Source of the DNA: an uncultured Dehalococcoidia bacterium
GTDB taxonomy: Bacteria; Chloroflexota; Dehalococcoidia; Lucifugimonadales; Lucifugimonadaceae
Direction of reading: 5' to 3'
Assembly (NCBI GenBank): GCA_951812795.1
Contig: OX638325.1
Coordinates: forward strand, 1,488,277 to 1,512,276
Length of the DNA: 24,000 nucleotides
Part shown: piece after piece, positions 1 to 8,560 of the stretch
How positions within the stretch are numbered: the stretch's first letter is position 1
Layout: every line of letters begins with the position of its first letter
Translations under genes and position numbers: made by a program
Notes under the pieces: model-generated
The model's database searches: none
What the model was told of the DNA's origin: nothing
What the model saw: the letters and a program-made list of their open reading frames with translations, nothing else

Positions 1-1
1 A

Positions 2-628
2 ATAGCCAATTCAGTCGAGGACAACCGCGTGCGTGCCACCGGACGCAGTCTCGTTCGGTCAGATGAAACTTTGGGTCTCATCGAGGAACTTAAGCGAGAA
101 CTGCCCAAGGTCACATCGCTTTCCGACCAGATCGTAACCAAGCGCGATCAAATGCTCAGCGATGCAGAAGACTTCATGCAGACTGCCAGAAACGACGCCA
201 TGAGCGAGGCGGAGCAACTCCGGCAGCGCGCCGAAGAGGAGCGCGACATCATTCTCGCCCAAGCCCGCAAGAAGGCAATGGAGACGATCGACCAGACGTC
301 GGTAGTCAACGCCTCCAAGGAAGAGGCCAAACGCATCATCAACGAAGCTGGCGAAGAGGCGGAAAAGCTACTCATCAGAGCCAAACGCGAAGCCAACACA
401 ATCGTCGAGAACGCGGACGAACGTTCACATCGTCAGACCAATGAGACCGACGAGTACTCCCGGCGTATGTTAATGAGGCTAGAAGAGCGCCTTTCGCAGA
501 CACTGATGCAGGTCCGGCAAGGGATCGACATGGTCAACGAGAGCATGGAAGACCGCAAACAGAAACAGGCGCAGAACATGACCATCCAAGCGTCCAAATT
601 CAATCCGCACAACAACTACTCGCGTTAA
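2..628 (+). CDS. Charged coiled-coil protein, 5'-truncated by the window edge (ATP-synthase-b / V-ATPase-H-like helical protein, function unknown)
   Basis: The frame is open from base 2 to the TAA at 626-628, so the track's GTG at 29 is probably internal. The product is a highly charged helical repeat sequence (EEAKRIINEAGEEAEKLLIRAKREANTIVENA). No catalytic motif is visible. Confidence 0.55.
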   Translation: MANSVEDNRVRATGRSLVRSDETLGLIEELKRELPKVTSLSDQIVTKRDQMLSDAEDFMQTARNDAMSEAEQLRQRAEEERDIILAQARKKAMETIDQTSVVNASKEEAKRIINEAGEEAEKLLIRAKREANTIVENADERSHRQTNETDEYSRRMLMRLEERLSQTLMQVRQGIDMVNESMEDRKQKQAQNMTIQASKFNPHNNYSR

Positions 629-779
629 TGTGCGAGCCGTCCAACGAGCCGACATCTCCGCATCTAACCTCCCCTCTCCCGGAGCCGGGACAGGCGAGGT
701 TTAGTGACAGAACTCACATCAGTTTGACCGAACCTCAATGAAATGAGGATCGTTGCGTCTGACGCGCGAACTCCGATAG

Positions 780-1274
780 CTAACTGTCGTCACCAGTTGA
801 GCTTGCCCACATGCCCTGGGCGATGATCACGAGCCACGACACCCCGACAACGCCGAAGTAGGTAGTGTGCCAGATGAGCGGCGTCGGGCGCGCTGCGGTA
901 ACAACGTTCGCGAACGTGAATACCACAAAGATCAGGGCGCTAACGAAGAGTCCGAACAGGATCCATGGTTGACGTGCGGCCGGACCGGATCGCATGATGA
1001 ACTGAATCAGTGCCCAGGTGAAGACTAAGCCCAACAGCAGTTCGACCACGCCGGTGAAGTAGAACGCGAAGTCTCCGAGTCCCGTTCCCCAACCCATCTT
1101 GTCGAGTGTTCCCGCGAAGGGGTTCATCTCGCCTTTCTCGGCGAATTTCACACCGATGTGAACCCCTGGTATCAGCTTCGCCAACCCGTTCGCAAGCCAG
1201 AACAGCATCCAAAAGATCACAGTGATTAGCTCGAGCGAGCCCAATCGAACCATGTAACTCTTCATTCCATCCAT
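780..1274 (-). CDS. Integral membrane protein, about 4 hydrophobic segments, family not recognised
   Basis: The track ORF runs 780-1376. I prefer the ATG at 1274 (MDGMKSY...) because AAGGAGG sits 7 nt upstream on the minus strand. Several 20-residue hydrophobic stretches are present (LITVIFWMLFWLANGL, FYFTGVVELLLGLVFTWALI, ILFGLFVSALIFVVFTF, FGVVGVSWLVIIA). Confidence 0.6.
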   Translation of the reverse strand: MDGMKSYMVRLGSLELITVIFWMLFWLANGLAKLIPGVHIGVKFAEKGEMNPFAGTLDKMGWGTGLGDFAFYFTGVVELLLGLVFTWALIQFIMRSGPAARQPWILFGLFVSALIFVVFTFANVVTAARPTPLIWHTTYFGVVGVSWLVIIAQGMWASSTGDDS

Positions 1275-1468
1275 CGCGGTGCCTCCTTGAGCAACGGTTT
1301 TGGAGACGTTTGGTGCGCGCAGTTTACCACCTTTGTTAAATCTCGGTTTAATTGACCGGCTCTCGAGAACGTACAACTTTTTTGAATCTCAGACCGTCGC
1401 GATCGAAGTCTCCCTGAGCCGTTGCAGGATCCGTTGCGCTTGATTCCCACAACCCGCGGAACACTTTT

Positions 1469-2293
1469 TCAATCGCGTCGCCAGCCCCGAACCGTGACGC
1501 TCCTTACCGCCGAGGCATAATCGGTCCCGTCCGATCGCGAGCGCATCGGTACGTTCGACAGTATCTCGATATTCACGAATCCCGACCGTTCCATTCGACC
1601 TAGATAGCGTGAAAACAGATCAGCCCCGCCGACACAAGACACCCATTCCTCAGCCGACGATCGAATTTCGTCCGGCAATTCTTCGGTCACAACCATGTCC
1701 GATACCACGAAGCGCCCACCGGGTTTCAAGATGCGAAAGATCTCATCGAATACGCGATCTTTGTCCTGAGAGAGGGCGATGACACAATTCGAGATTACGA
1801 GATCAATAGTGGCGTCTTGCTGAGGGATAGCTTCGATTTTTCCGAGCTTGAAAACGACGTTGTGCGCTTCGAGTTTTGCGGCGTTTTGGCGTGCGAGATC
1901 AACCATGGCGTGTGTCATGTCTACGCCTATGACGTGACCTGAGACACCCACGCGCTCTGCTGCCAAGAAGCAGTCGATGCCGCCGCCGCTGCCCAAGTCC
2001 ATGACCGTTTCGCCCGGTTTTGCGTCCGATAATCCGATCGGGTTCCCGCACCCGGCCGATGCCGCCATCGCCTCCGGGGTTAAGGCCTCGAGGTCATCGG
2101 AATCGTATAGGATGCCCGCGACCACTGCCGAAGGTGCGTCCTCGCCACAACACCCTGAGCCAACTTCGTCGGCACAGCATCCAGACGCGGCCACACCGCG
2201 TTCCGCAACCTGTGTGTAGCGGTTCTGCACCGCCTTCTCCAACGAACCAGCGTCGAATTCCTCACGACTGTAGACTTCACCGAGCTTGGTCAA
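1469..2293 (-). CDS. arsM: Arsenite S-adenosylmethionine methyltransferase (ArsM-type class I SAM methyltransferase)
   Basis: It has the Cys-rich N-terminus (SGCCADEVGSGCCGED), GCGNP followed by the SAM motif VMDLGSGGGID, then ISNCVI, ILKPGGRFVVSD and WVSCVGG. This matches the ArsM layout and its conserved cysteines. Confidence 0.85.
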   Translation of the reverse strand: MTKLGEVYSREEFDAGSLEKAVQNRYTQVAERGVAASGCCADEVGSGCCGEDAPSAVVAGILYDSDDLEALTPEAMAASAGCGNPIGLSDAKPGETVMDLGSGGGIDCFLAAERVGVSGHVIGVDMTHAMVDLARQNAAKLEAHNVVFKLGKIEAIPQQDATIDLVISNCVIALSQDKDRVFDEIFRILKPGGRFVVSDMVVTEELPDEIRSSAEEWVSCVGGADLFSRYLGRMERSGFVNIEILSNVPMRSRSDGTDYASAVRSVTVRGWRRD

Positions 2294-2446
2294 TGCGTAG
2301 GTTCTCCTCGTTTGGTGGATATGAATCCATCATACGCCGATGCGCGTAATGCTTTTGGGCGGCCTCGCCTAAAAGGTGGCATCTGCGTTACCATTCCCAC
2401 ACAGCGTCGAAGGCGACGCGTGCAACACTCGAAGGAGATCCAACTG

Positions 2447-3169
2447 ATGGGTAACGAAACCCCACTGAAAGAACGCATCCAGCGCGGAGATATCGTAATC
2501 GGCGTTGGAACGGGGATGGACGTAACGAAATCGCAACTCGAAGACATCCTCAGCAAAGACGACTACGGCTTCGTATCCACCGACAGCCAACACAGTCCAT
2601 TCTCCGAGCACAAGCTTGTCGAGTTCTGCTACCTCGCCGATGAAGTTGGCATCCCCGTCCACTTCCGCATCAAGCACACTAGGTTCGCATTCCAAGTCGG
2701 AAACCTCGCCGATCTCGGACCCGCAATCATCGAAGTTCCGTTGGTAGAAGACCCAGCGGTGGTCCGCGAAGCCCTCGAATGGTTCTACTTCCCGCCCGAG
2801 GGTCGACGAAGTTTCGTTGGCGGTCCGAGATGGGGTGCTGAACTCGGGCACGACCGAACTGGCTACGCCGAGTGGTGGAACACCCACGGAATGCTCATGA
2901 TCCAGATCGAGACGCTCCACGCGATCGAAAACATCTCGACCCTCTCACTGCCCGGAGTAGATATGTTCTCGTGGGGTCCTGCAGACCTCGAGTTCGACCG
3001 CGAGATGCACCCGCATCACCCGCTCAAGACCGACGACGACTGCATCGAGCACGTGATGGCGCAGCTGGCCTCGGAAAAACCGCGCATGTGCTACCGCTCT
3101 TACGACCCCAACCTGCGCAACAAATATCTCGACCTGGGCGTAACCGTCCTCATGGAAACGGCGAAATAA
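2447..3169 (+). CDS. HpcH/HpaI-family aldolase-like protein, paralog A
   Basis: I place the start at ATG 2447, preceded by GAAGGAG. The track's 2312 start would consume the divergent intergenic region. Motifs DSQHSP, IIEVPLVEDP, YFPPEGRRS, IQIETLHAIEN and PGVDMFSWGPADL fit the HpcH/HpaI (2-keto-3-deoxyacid aldolase / citrate-lyase beta-like) TIM-barrel pattern. Confidence 0.75.
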   Translation: MGNETPLKERIQRGDIVIGVGTGMDVTKSQLEDILSKDDYGFVSTDSQHSPFSEHKLVEFCYLADEVGIPVHFRIKHTRFAFQVGNLADLGPAIIEVPLVEDPAVVREALEWFYFPPEGRRSFVGGPRWGAELGHDRTGYAEWWNTHGMLMIQIETLHAIENISTLSLPGVDMFSWGPADLEFDREMHPHHPLKTDDDCIEHVMAQLASEKPRMCYRSYDPNLRNKYLDLGVTVLMETAK

Positions 3170-3205
3170 CTGAGCTCAGTTCAACACACTCCAAGGAGAA
3201 ACCCA

Positions 3206-3928
3206 ATGGGTAACGACACCCCACTCAAAGAACGCATCCGCCGCGGCGACGTCGTCATCGGCGTCAGCATGCCTATCGGTACCACCAAGTCGGAGGCCGA
3301 AGACATCCTCGGCAAAGACGACTATGGCTTCATCACCTGCGACAGCCAGCACAGCCCCTTCTCGGAGCACAGGCTGGTCGAGCATTGCAACATGGCCGAC
3401 GAACTCGGCATCGCCGTCCACTTCCGCATGAAGCACCCTGAACTCGCATTCCTAATCGGTAACATTGCCGACCTCGGTCCCGCCTTCATCGAGATCCCTC
3501 TCGTCGAAAATCCGGCGACCGTGCGGGAAGCTCTGGAGTGGTTCTACTTCCCGCCCGAAGGACGCCGAAGCTGGGTAGGCGGCTCCCGATGGGGCGCCGA
3601 ACTCGGACACGACCGCCCTGGTTACGCCAAGTGGTGGAATGAAAACGGCATCCTCTGCTTACAGATCGAGACGCTCAACGCCATCGAGAACATAAACACC
3701 CTCGCCATGCCGGGCGTCGACTTGTTCTCGTGGGGCCCCGCTGACCTCGAATTCGACCGCGAGATGCACCCGCACCACCCGCTCAAAACCGATGACGACT
3801 GCCTGAAGCACGTCATGGACCAGGTCAACGACAACCCCGTCCGCATGAGCTACCGCTCCGGCGATCCCGACCTCCGCAACAAATACATCGACATGGGCGT
3901 AACCGTCTTGATGGAACGCGCACAGTAA
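3206..3928 (+). CDS. HpcH/HpaI-family aldolase-like protein, paralog B (tandem duplicate of 2447-3169)
   Basis: ATG 3206 is preceded by CAAGGAG. The product is 240 aa, the same length as paralog A and colinear with it. My by-eye count gives 62 mismatches out of 240 positions. Confidence 0.75.
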   Translation: MGNDTPLKERIRRGDVVIGVSMPIGTTKSEAEDILGKDDYGFITCDSQHSPFSEHRLVEHCNMADELGIAVHFRMKHPELAFLIGNIADLGPAFIEIPLVENPATVREALEWFYFPPEGRRSWVGGSRWGAELGHDRPGYAKWWNENGILCLQIETLNAIENINTLAMPGVDLFSWGPADLEFDREMHPHHPLKTDDDCLKHVMDQVNDNPVRMSYRSGDPDLRNKYIDMGVTVLMERAQ

Positions 3929-3975
3929 ATCTACAGCCTCAACCGGCGCAAAACCATACCAACCAACCGCATCAC

Positions 3976-4006
3976 CACAGTCATCACAACCTGAAAGATG
4001 ACTGTG
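3976..4006. terminator. Hairpin between convergent genes (possible bidirectional terminator, no U-tract)
   Basis: CACAGTCATC (3976-3985) pairs perfectly with GATGACTGTG (3997-4006) around an 11-nt loop. It lies between the aldolase B stop (3928) and the HIT stop (4062). Confidence 0.3.
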
Positions 4007-4061
4007 CGCAAGATCTGTCGTACAAGCAACCCAACCATGGTTGCCATCAGTGTATCCGACG

Positions 4062-4385
4062 TTACGCGCTCATCACATGCGCGTGCAGATGAAACACCTC
4101 CTGCCCTGCGCCGCGTCCCTGGTTGAACTGCACGCGATACCCCGAACCCGTAATGTCGTTCGCCGATGCCACTTTACCAACTCCCACCAATATCCGTCCG
4201 AGCATACCCACCTCCGCTTCGTCGCTCTCGTGCAACCTGTCGAAATGGACCTTCGGCACTACCAGCACATGCACCCGAGCCTTCGGATTGATGTCGTTGA
4301 AAGCTAGAACATGGTCGTCTTCGTAGACCTTGCTGCTGGGGATATCACCACCGATGATCTTGCAAAAGATACAGTCGTCAGACAT
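4062..4385 (-). CDS. HIT-family (histidine triad) nucleotide hydrolase/transferase
   Basis: The start MSDDCIFCKII is at 4385. The upstream part of the track ORF runs into the 3' end of the neighbouring gene. The N-terminal CxxC and the C-terminal histidine triad HLHAHV are both present. Confidence 0.85.
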   Translation of the reverse strand: MSDDCIFCKIIGGDIPSSKVYEDDHVLAFNDINPKARVHVLVVPKVHFDRLHESDEAEVGMLGRILVGVGKVASANDITGSGYRVQFNQGRGAGQEVFHLHAHVMSA

Positions 4386-4425
4386 ATTCGGGCCTTTTAG
4401 GTTCCAGTCTTCGCTGGAATGACGG

Positions 4426-5550
4426 TTAAAGCGTTCGGCCAAGGATCTCGATGTGCGAATCCGAATCTCCAAAATCGGCTCGCCACGAAAGCACTCGCCG
4501 AGTGTAGAGATGCAGATCGTGTTCCCAAGTGAACCCGATCGCTCCATGCGACTGATGCGCCTTCCACACGATGTCGTGCATCAATGTATTCGCCGTCCAC
4601 TTCGCCTGAGACACAGCCCTCGAAGCTGAAGCACTGTCGATATCAGCGCTCAGAGCCCAAGCCGCCCGATTAACCAGGTGCTGCGCAGATTTCACCTTCG
4701 TTGCCATATCAGCCATGTAATGCTGTATCACTTGGAACGCACCAATCGGCCGACCGAACTGTCGTCGGTCTTTCACATACTCGATCGTGCGATCCGTGAC
4801 TGCGCTGCCCGCACCAACCATCTGCGTCGCCCGAGCCGCGGCTCCGTACAACATCATCTGACCGACCACATCGGCCCCACCACCAGCTTCGCCTAATACC
4901 GCAGCTGCCGGAACCACGACCTCGTTCAACTCGATATCGCAAGCCGGTGCTCCAGACGCCATCTTCACCCTATTGACATTGACCGTTCCCTCAGCGGACT
5001 TCACTGGCACCGCGAACACCGTCACGCCAGCGTCAGTCTCGGCCGGCATCAACACAAGGTCGGCAGAGTTCCCGTACGGAACAAACCTGCTCGTACCGCT
5101 CAGCACCCAACCATTCGATGTCTCCGAAGCCCGAACACCCATCGCGCCCGGATCGGTCGATCCATCCATCCCGACCAACGAAGGAACCACAACCATCTCG
5201 CCCGTCGCGATTGTCGGCAACCATTCCCGCTTTTGGGAATCTGAGCCAAAGTTTCCGATCGCCGAGGCAGAAACAACGGCCGATTCAACCAGAGGCCCTG
5301 GTGCTAAGGCGGCGCCCCATTCGGCCAACAACACGGCCATATCCGACATATCCATGCCGGAACCGCCGTGCTCCTCTGACACAATCAATCCCAGCCATCC
5401 CAGCTCGCCAATCTCACGCCAAAAATCATCGGTATATCCGCGCTCATCCGTCGCCATCGCCCGCACGAAGTCAGACGGCGAACGATCCGACAAATATTCC
5501 GCCGCGCTGCTCCGGATCAGTTCCTGCGTTTCGTTAAGCCCAAAGTCCAT
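4426..5550 (-). CDS. Acyl-CoA dehydrogenase family protein (possibly the non-catalytic partner subunit)
   Basis: This 374-aa product has ACAD-like N-, middle and C-terminal regions (GWLGL, SGTSRFVPYG, RRQFGRPIGAFQVIQH, HGAIGFTWEHDLHLYTRR). I see no Glu at either usual catalytic-base position by eye. Confidence 0.75.
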   Translation of the reverse strand: MDFGLNETQELIRSSAAEYLSDRSPSDFVRAMATDERGYTDDFWREIGELGWLGLIVSEEHGGSGMDMSDMAVLLAEWGAALAPGPLVESAVVSASAIGNFGSDSQKREWLPTIATGEMVVVPSLVGMDGSTDPGAMGVRASETSNGWVLSGTSRFVPYGNSADLVLMPAETDAGVTVFAVPVKSAEGTVNVNRVKMASGAPACDIELNEVVVPAAAVLGEAGGGADVVGQMMLYGAAARATQMVGAGSAVTDRTIEYVKDRRQFGRPIGAFQVIQHYMADMATKVKSAQHLVNRAAWALSADIDSASASRAVSQAKWTANTLMHDIVWKAHQSHGAIGFTWEHDLHLYTRRVLSWRADFGDSDSHIEILGRTL

Positions 5551-5645
5551 GGTTTAGCGCTCTCGTCCTTCGCCTCTGGTTCCCGGCATTTGTGAACCCC
5601 ATTTATGAAACCACTGGGGCCGGAATGGCGCCAGAGTGTCCGTGT

Positions 5646-6824
5646 TCAGCGTCGGGGCAACTCAAGCCCACGATACGCGATGATGTTTTTCTGTATCTCG
5701 TTTGTTCCGGCCAAGATCGGGCCCGATGTTTGGTACATCCTCATCTTGAATATCCGGCCGGCGAGGTCTTCATGTTCGTCAGGGTCATCAATGAGGCCGG
5801 GCAATCCGAGTAACTCAACACCGAAATCGAGTACCGCGGTGTTCACTTCCGTAGCCGCGATCTTGCACATGCTGGCCTCGGTCGACGGCGGATGTCCGAG
5901 GGACTGGAGCCATGCAACCTCGTAGGTGATGTAACGGGCCATCTCGATCTCGGCTTCCAACTCAGCCAACCGGCGCCTGACCTTCATGTCGTCGATCATC
6001 AATGAACCGTCAAAGCGTCGAGTCGTTGCGGCGTAGTCGCGGATCTCTTCCCATGACCTCTGCGCCCACGACACATAGTCGATGTTCCCCCGCTCAAAGT
6101 TGAGCAGATTCATCGCGACGTTCCAACCATCGTTGAGTTCGCCGACGAGATTCTCAAGCGGAACGCGCACATCGTCGAACATAACTTGATTAAAGCTGTG
6201 TGCACCGGCGATGTTGACGATGGGATTGACTTGCACACCCGGCGACTTCATGTCCAGGAGCAAGAAACTGATACCAGCATGTCGTTCCGCATCGCGATCA
6301 GTGCGAACCAACATGAACATCATGTCCGCACGGTGCGCCATCGAGGTCCAGATTTTTGAGCCGTTAATGACGAACTCGTCGCCTCGAAGTTCCGCGAAGG
6401 TTTGCAACGACGCCAAGTCGGACCCGGTGTTCGGCTCCGAATACCCCTGACACCATTGGATCCCGCCTTGGGCAATGTCCGATAAGTATTTGCGCTTCTG
6501 CTCATCAGTCCCGAACACCATCAACGTCGGTCCCAACATCCGCGTGCCGAAGCGATCGTTGCCCGGTGCGCGGCGGTACGACATCTCCTCGGCGAAGAGG
6601 AGGCTGATCATTGGTGACGCCTCTTGCCCGCCGTACTCCTTCGGCCACGTCATGGTGAGCCAGCCGCGCTCGGCGAGCTTGCGTCGCATGCGGCAGTACA
6701 GATCCCAACCCTCATCGCTCGATTCGTCATTCGGACCAATCCAACCATCGGGGAGTTCTTGGTCAAGGAACTCTTTTAGTTCCTCACGAAATGCGATCTC
6801 TTCTTCGTTAAATTCAAACCACAT
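5646..6824 (-). CDS. Acyl-CoA dehydrogenase family protein
   Basis: This 392-aa product carries WCQGYSEPNTGSDLAS, INGSKIWTS and the C-terminal AGTNEIQKNIIAYRGLELP typical of FadE-type ACADs. LNFERG supplies a Glu at the IVD/LCAD-type catalytic position. Confidence 0.85.
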   Translation of the reverse strand: MWFEFNEEEIAFREELKEFLDQELPDGWIGPNDESSDEGWDLYCRMRRKLAERGWLTMTWPKEYGGQEASPMISLLFAEEMSYRRAPGNDRFGTRMLGPTLMVFGTDEQKRKYLSDIAQGGIQWCQGYSEPNTGSDLASLQTFAELRGDEFVINGSKIWTSMAHRADMMFMLVRTDRDAERHAGISFLLLDMKSPGVQVNPIVNIAGAHSFNQVMFDDVRVPLENLVGELNDGWNVAMNLLNFERGNIDYVSWAQRSWEEIRDYAATTRRFDGSLMIDDMKVRRRLAELEAEIEMARYITYEVAWLQSLGHPPSTEASMCKIAATEVNTAVLDFGVELLGLPGLIDDPDEHEDLAGRIFKMRMYQTSGPILAGTNEIQKNIIAYRGLELPRR

Positions 6825-6835
6825 GACGTATTAAC

Positions 6836-7075
6836 TTAGTCTGCGGTTACCGCCAAGCTGGTGATGGTCTTAATGATGCCGCCGACTTGGTGCATCTTGG
6901 TGCTGACGATCCCGCCGATGTCGACGAGATTGTCCGCCTCGACCACTGCGATGATGTCGAATGGACCGGTGACCATGTCGACGGCCATCATCTGGTCTAT
7001 CTTTCGCAACTGCTCTGCGACCTGATGAGTGCTGCCGACGGACGTCTCAATCAAAATGTATGCTCGGGTCTTCAT
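6836..7075 (-). CDS. Stand-alone Lrp/AsnC ligand-binding (RAM) domain protein without an HTH
   Basis: The start is MKTRAYILIE at 7075, with GGAGG 12 nt upstream. The 79-aa beta-alpha-beta pattern (AYILIETSVGSTHQVAEQLRKIDQMMAVDMVTGPFDIIAVVEA) matches the AsnC-type C-terminal domain. There is no room for a DNA-binding domain. Confidence 0.65.
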   Translation of the reverse strand: MKTRAYILIETSVGSTHQVAEQLRKIDQMMAVDMVTGPFDIIAVVEADNLVDIGGIVSTKMHQVGGIIKTITSLAVTAD

Positions 7076-7171
7076 TTCTTTGGGGGACCTCCTGCTGAGG
7101 GGTGTTTTGTATTGCATATGCTAATGTGCGAAACGCATATTGGCTACATATCAACCGACTCGATGTCGAAA

Positions 7172-8491
7172 TCAGAAATCAAGGACTGCATCGAGGGTAG
7201 ACCAATCGCTCACCGGCCCTACCGTCGACAACACAAACTTGCCGGCGTCGACCACGTCGAGAGCGACGGACTGGACATCTTCAAGCGTTACGGCATCTAG
7301 AGTCTTGATGCGCGAATCCAGTGTTTCGATACTCCCTCGCAATAGTTCCTGCGCAGCCAAATCGTGGCCAACCGCTCTGCTTTCCTCCATTCCCAAGATC
7401 ATCCGGCCTTTCGCCAACTCTCGCGCATCGTGCAGTTCTTCCTCCGTTATGCCGTTCCGAATCTTCACGAGTTCGTCGACGATGACCTGCATCACTTCGA
7501 CCGCTTTCGGAGGTTCGACGCCGGTGTGAATGTCAACCACTCCACAGTCCGACAACGTGTGCATAGAACTGCCAATGCCGTACGCCAAGCCGCGCTTCTC
7601 CCTTACCTCCTCGAAAAGTCGGCTACTCATACTCCCACCCAACACGACGGTCATGATGCGCAGGGCCGCACGGCGTGGATCGTTCATGCTAACGCCCTTG
7701 AAGGCCATCGACATATGCATCTGCTCAAGATCCCGCTGGCTGCAACTGATACTCGGACCGGCGAGATTGTCGTCGTGCGGGAACATCTCCCTCGGTTCGC
7801 CATCCGGCAGATCTGACAACAATGCATCGATCTGATCAACAACTTCGTCGTGCTCCACGTTCCCGGCAACCGCGACGACTAGATTACGTCCGACGTACTG
7901 TTCGCGGTGATAGTCAATCATCACCGAGCGGGGAATCGCCTCGACGCTTTCAATCGTGCCGGCCACATCTCGCCCAAGCGGTTGGTTGGGCCACAGTGCC
8001 GCATCGAGCAGCATCCCGGCGAGGGCACCCGGCGAGTCGTGAGAGGCTCTGATCTCTTCCAACACCACATGCTTCTCTTGGGCGATGTCGTCATCCCGGA
8101 ACAACGGCTCTTTGATGATGTCTGCGAGGACTTCGACCCCGCCGCGATAGTGAGGCGATGCCATTCGGCACCAATATCCGGTGCATTCACGATCCGTAAA
8201 TGCGTTGATGGCACCACCGACTCTCTCGACCGAGCCGCTAATATCCCTCGGGCGCGGCCTACTCGGCGTCCCCTTGAAGAGCATGTGCTCGAAGAGGTGC
8301 GAAACGCCAGCCTCATCGTCCGTCTCATAGCGACTTCCCGCGCCCACCAAGAAGACCACACTGACGGCCTTCGTATGCGTCATTTGACTGGTAACTACTC
8401 GGATTCCGTTGTCCAGAACAGATCGTCGGTAAGGAGTATTAGTTTCGAGTTCGGTAGCTGAGGCGTGCAAGAACGACGGCATTGGTTTCAC
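7172..8491 (-). CDS. M16-family zinc metallopeptidase (pitrilysin/insulinase-like)
   Basis: The inverted zinc motif HxxEH is present as GVSHLFEHMLFKGT, with a downstream E-containing region. The 439-aa two-lobed size is typical of bacterial M16B peptidases. Confidence 0.85.
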   Translation of the reverse strand: MKPMPSFLHASATELETNTPYRRSVLDNGIRVVTSQMTHTKAVSVVFLVGAGSRYETDDEAGVSHLFEHMLFKGTPSRPRPRDISGSVERVGGAINAFTDRECTGYWCRMASPHYRGGVEVLADIIKEPLFRDDDIAQEKHVVLEEIRASHDSPGALAGMLLDAALWPNQPLGRDVAGTIESVEAIPRSVMIDYHREQYVGRNLVVAVAGNVEHDEVVDQIDALLSDLPDGEPREMFPHDDNLAGPSISCSQRDLEQMHMSMAFKGVSMNDPRRAALRIMTVVLGGSMSSRLFEEVREKRGLAYGIGSSMHTLSDCGVVDIHTGVEPPKAVEVMQVIVDELVKIRNGITEEELHDARELAKGRMILGMEESRAVGHDLAAQELLRGSIETLDSRIKTLDAVTLEDVQSVALDVVDAGKFVLSTVGPVSDWSTLDAVLDF

Positions 8492-8560
8492 AAATCAGTT
8501 TCTTCGCGGTTGAAAACTAAGAGTAGCACTCACGCTGTCAAAACCAATGTCGCTCCGTTG

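Noticed and set aside
671-694. CCCCTCTCCCGGAGCCGGGACAGG after the first gene, considered as a terminator.
   Set aside because: Only a 6-bp CCGG-centred palindrome with a 2-nt loop can form, and there is no U-tract. I noted it only as a partial copy of the 14272 repeat arm.
1459-1484. GGAAC followed by CGTC on the plus strand, considered as a third ECF-type promoter.
   Set aside because: The spacer is only 13 nt. The site lies at the 3' end of arsM and no plus-strand gene follows it.
2312-2446. Track-predicted 45-codon N-terminal extension of aldolase A.
   Set aside because: The extension is Arg-rich and has no homology to paralog B. The ATG at 2447 has a GAAGGAG RBS and aligns exactly with the start of paralog B. 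The region is better read as the arsM/aldolase divergent promoter region. It contains a small GCGTCG-aagg-CGACGC hairpin at 2404-2419.
2369-2920. 183-aa minus-strand ORF antisense to aldolase paralog A. The similar ORF 3176-3436 is antisense to paralog B.
   Set aside because: It lies fully inside a well-supported plus-strand gene. It has no recognisable motifs and an Arg/Ala/Val-rich composition typical of antisense frames in GC-rich DNA.
4973-5557. 194-aa plus-strand ORF (and 5118-5537) opposite the 374-aa acyl-CoA dehydrogenase.
   Set aside because: It is a Pro/Ser/Thr-rich low-complexity translation. It is antisense to a gene with clear ACAD motifs and has no RBS.
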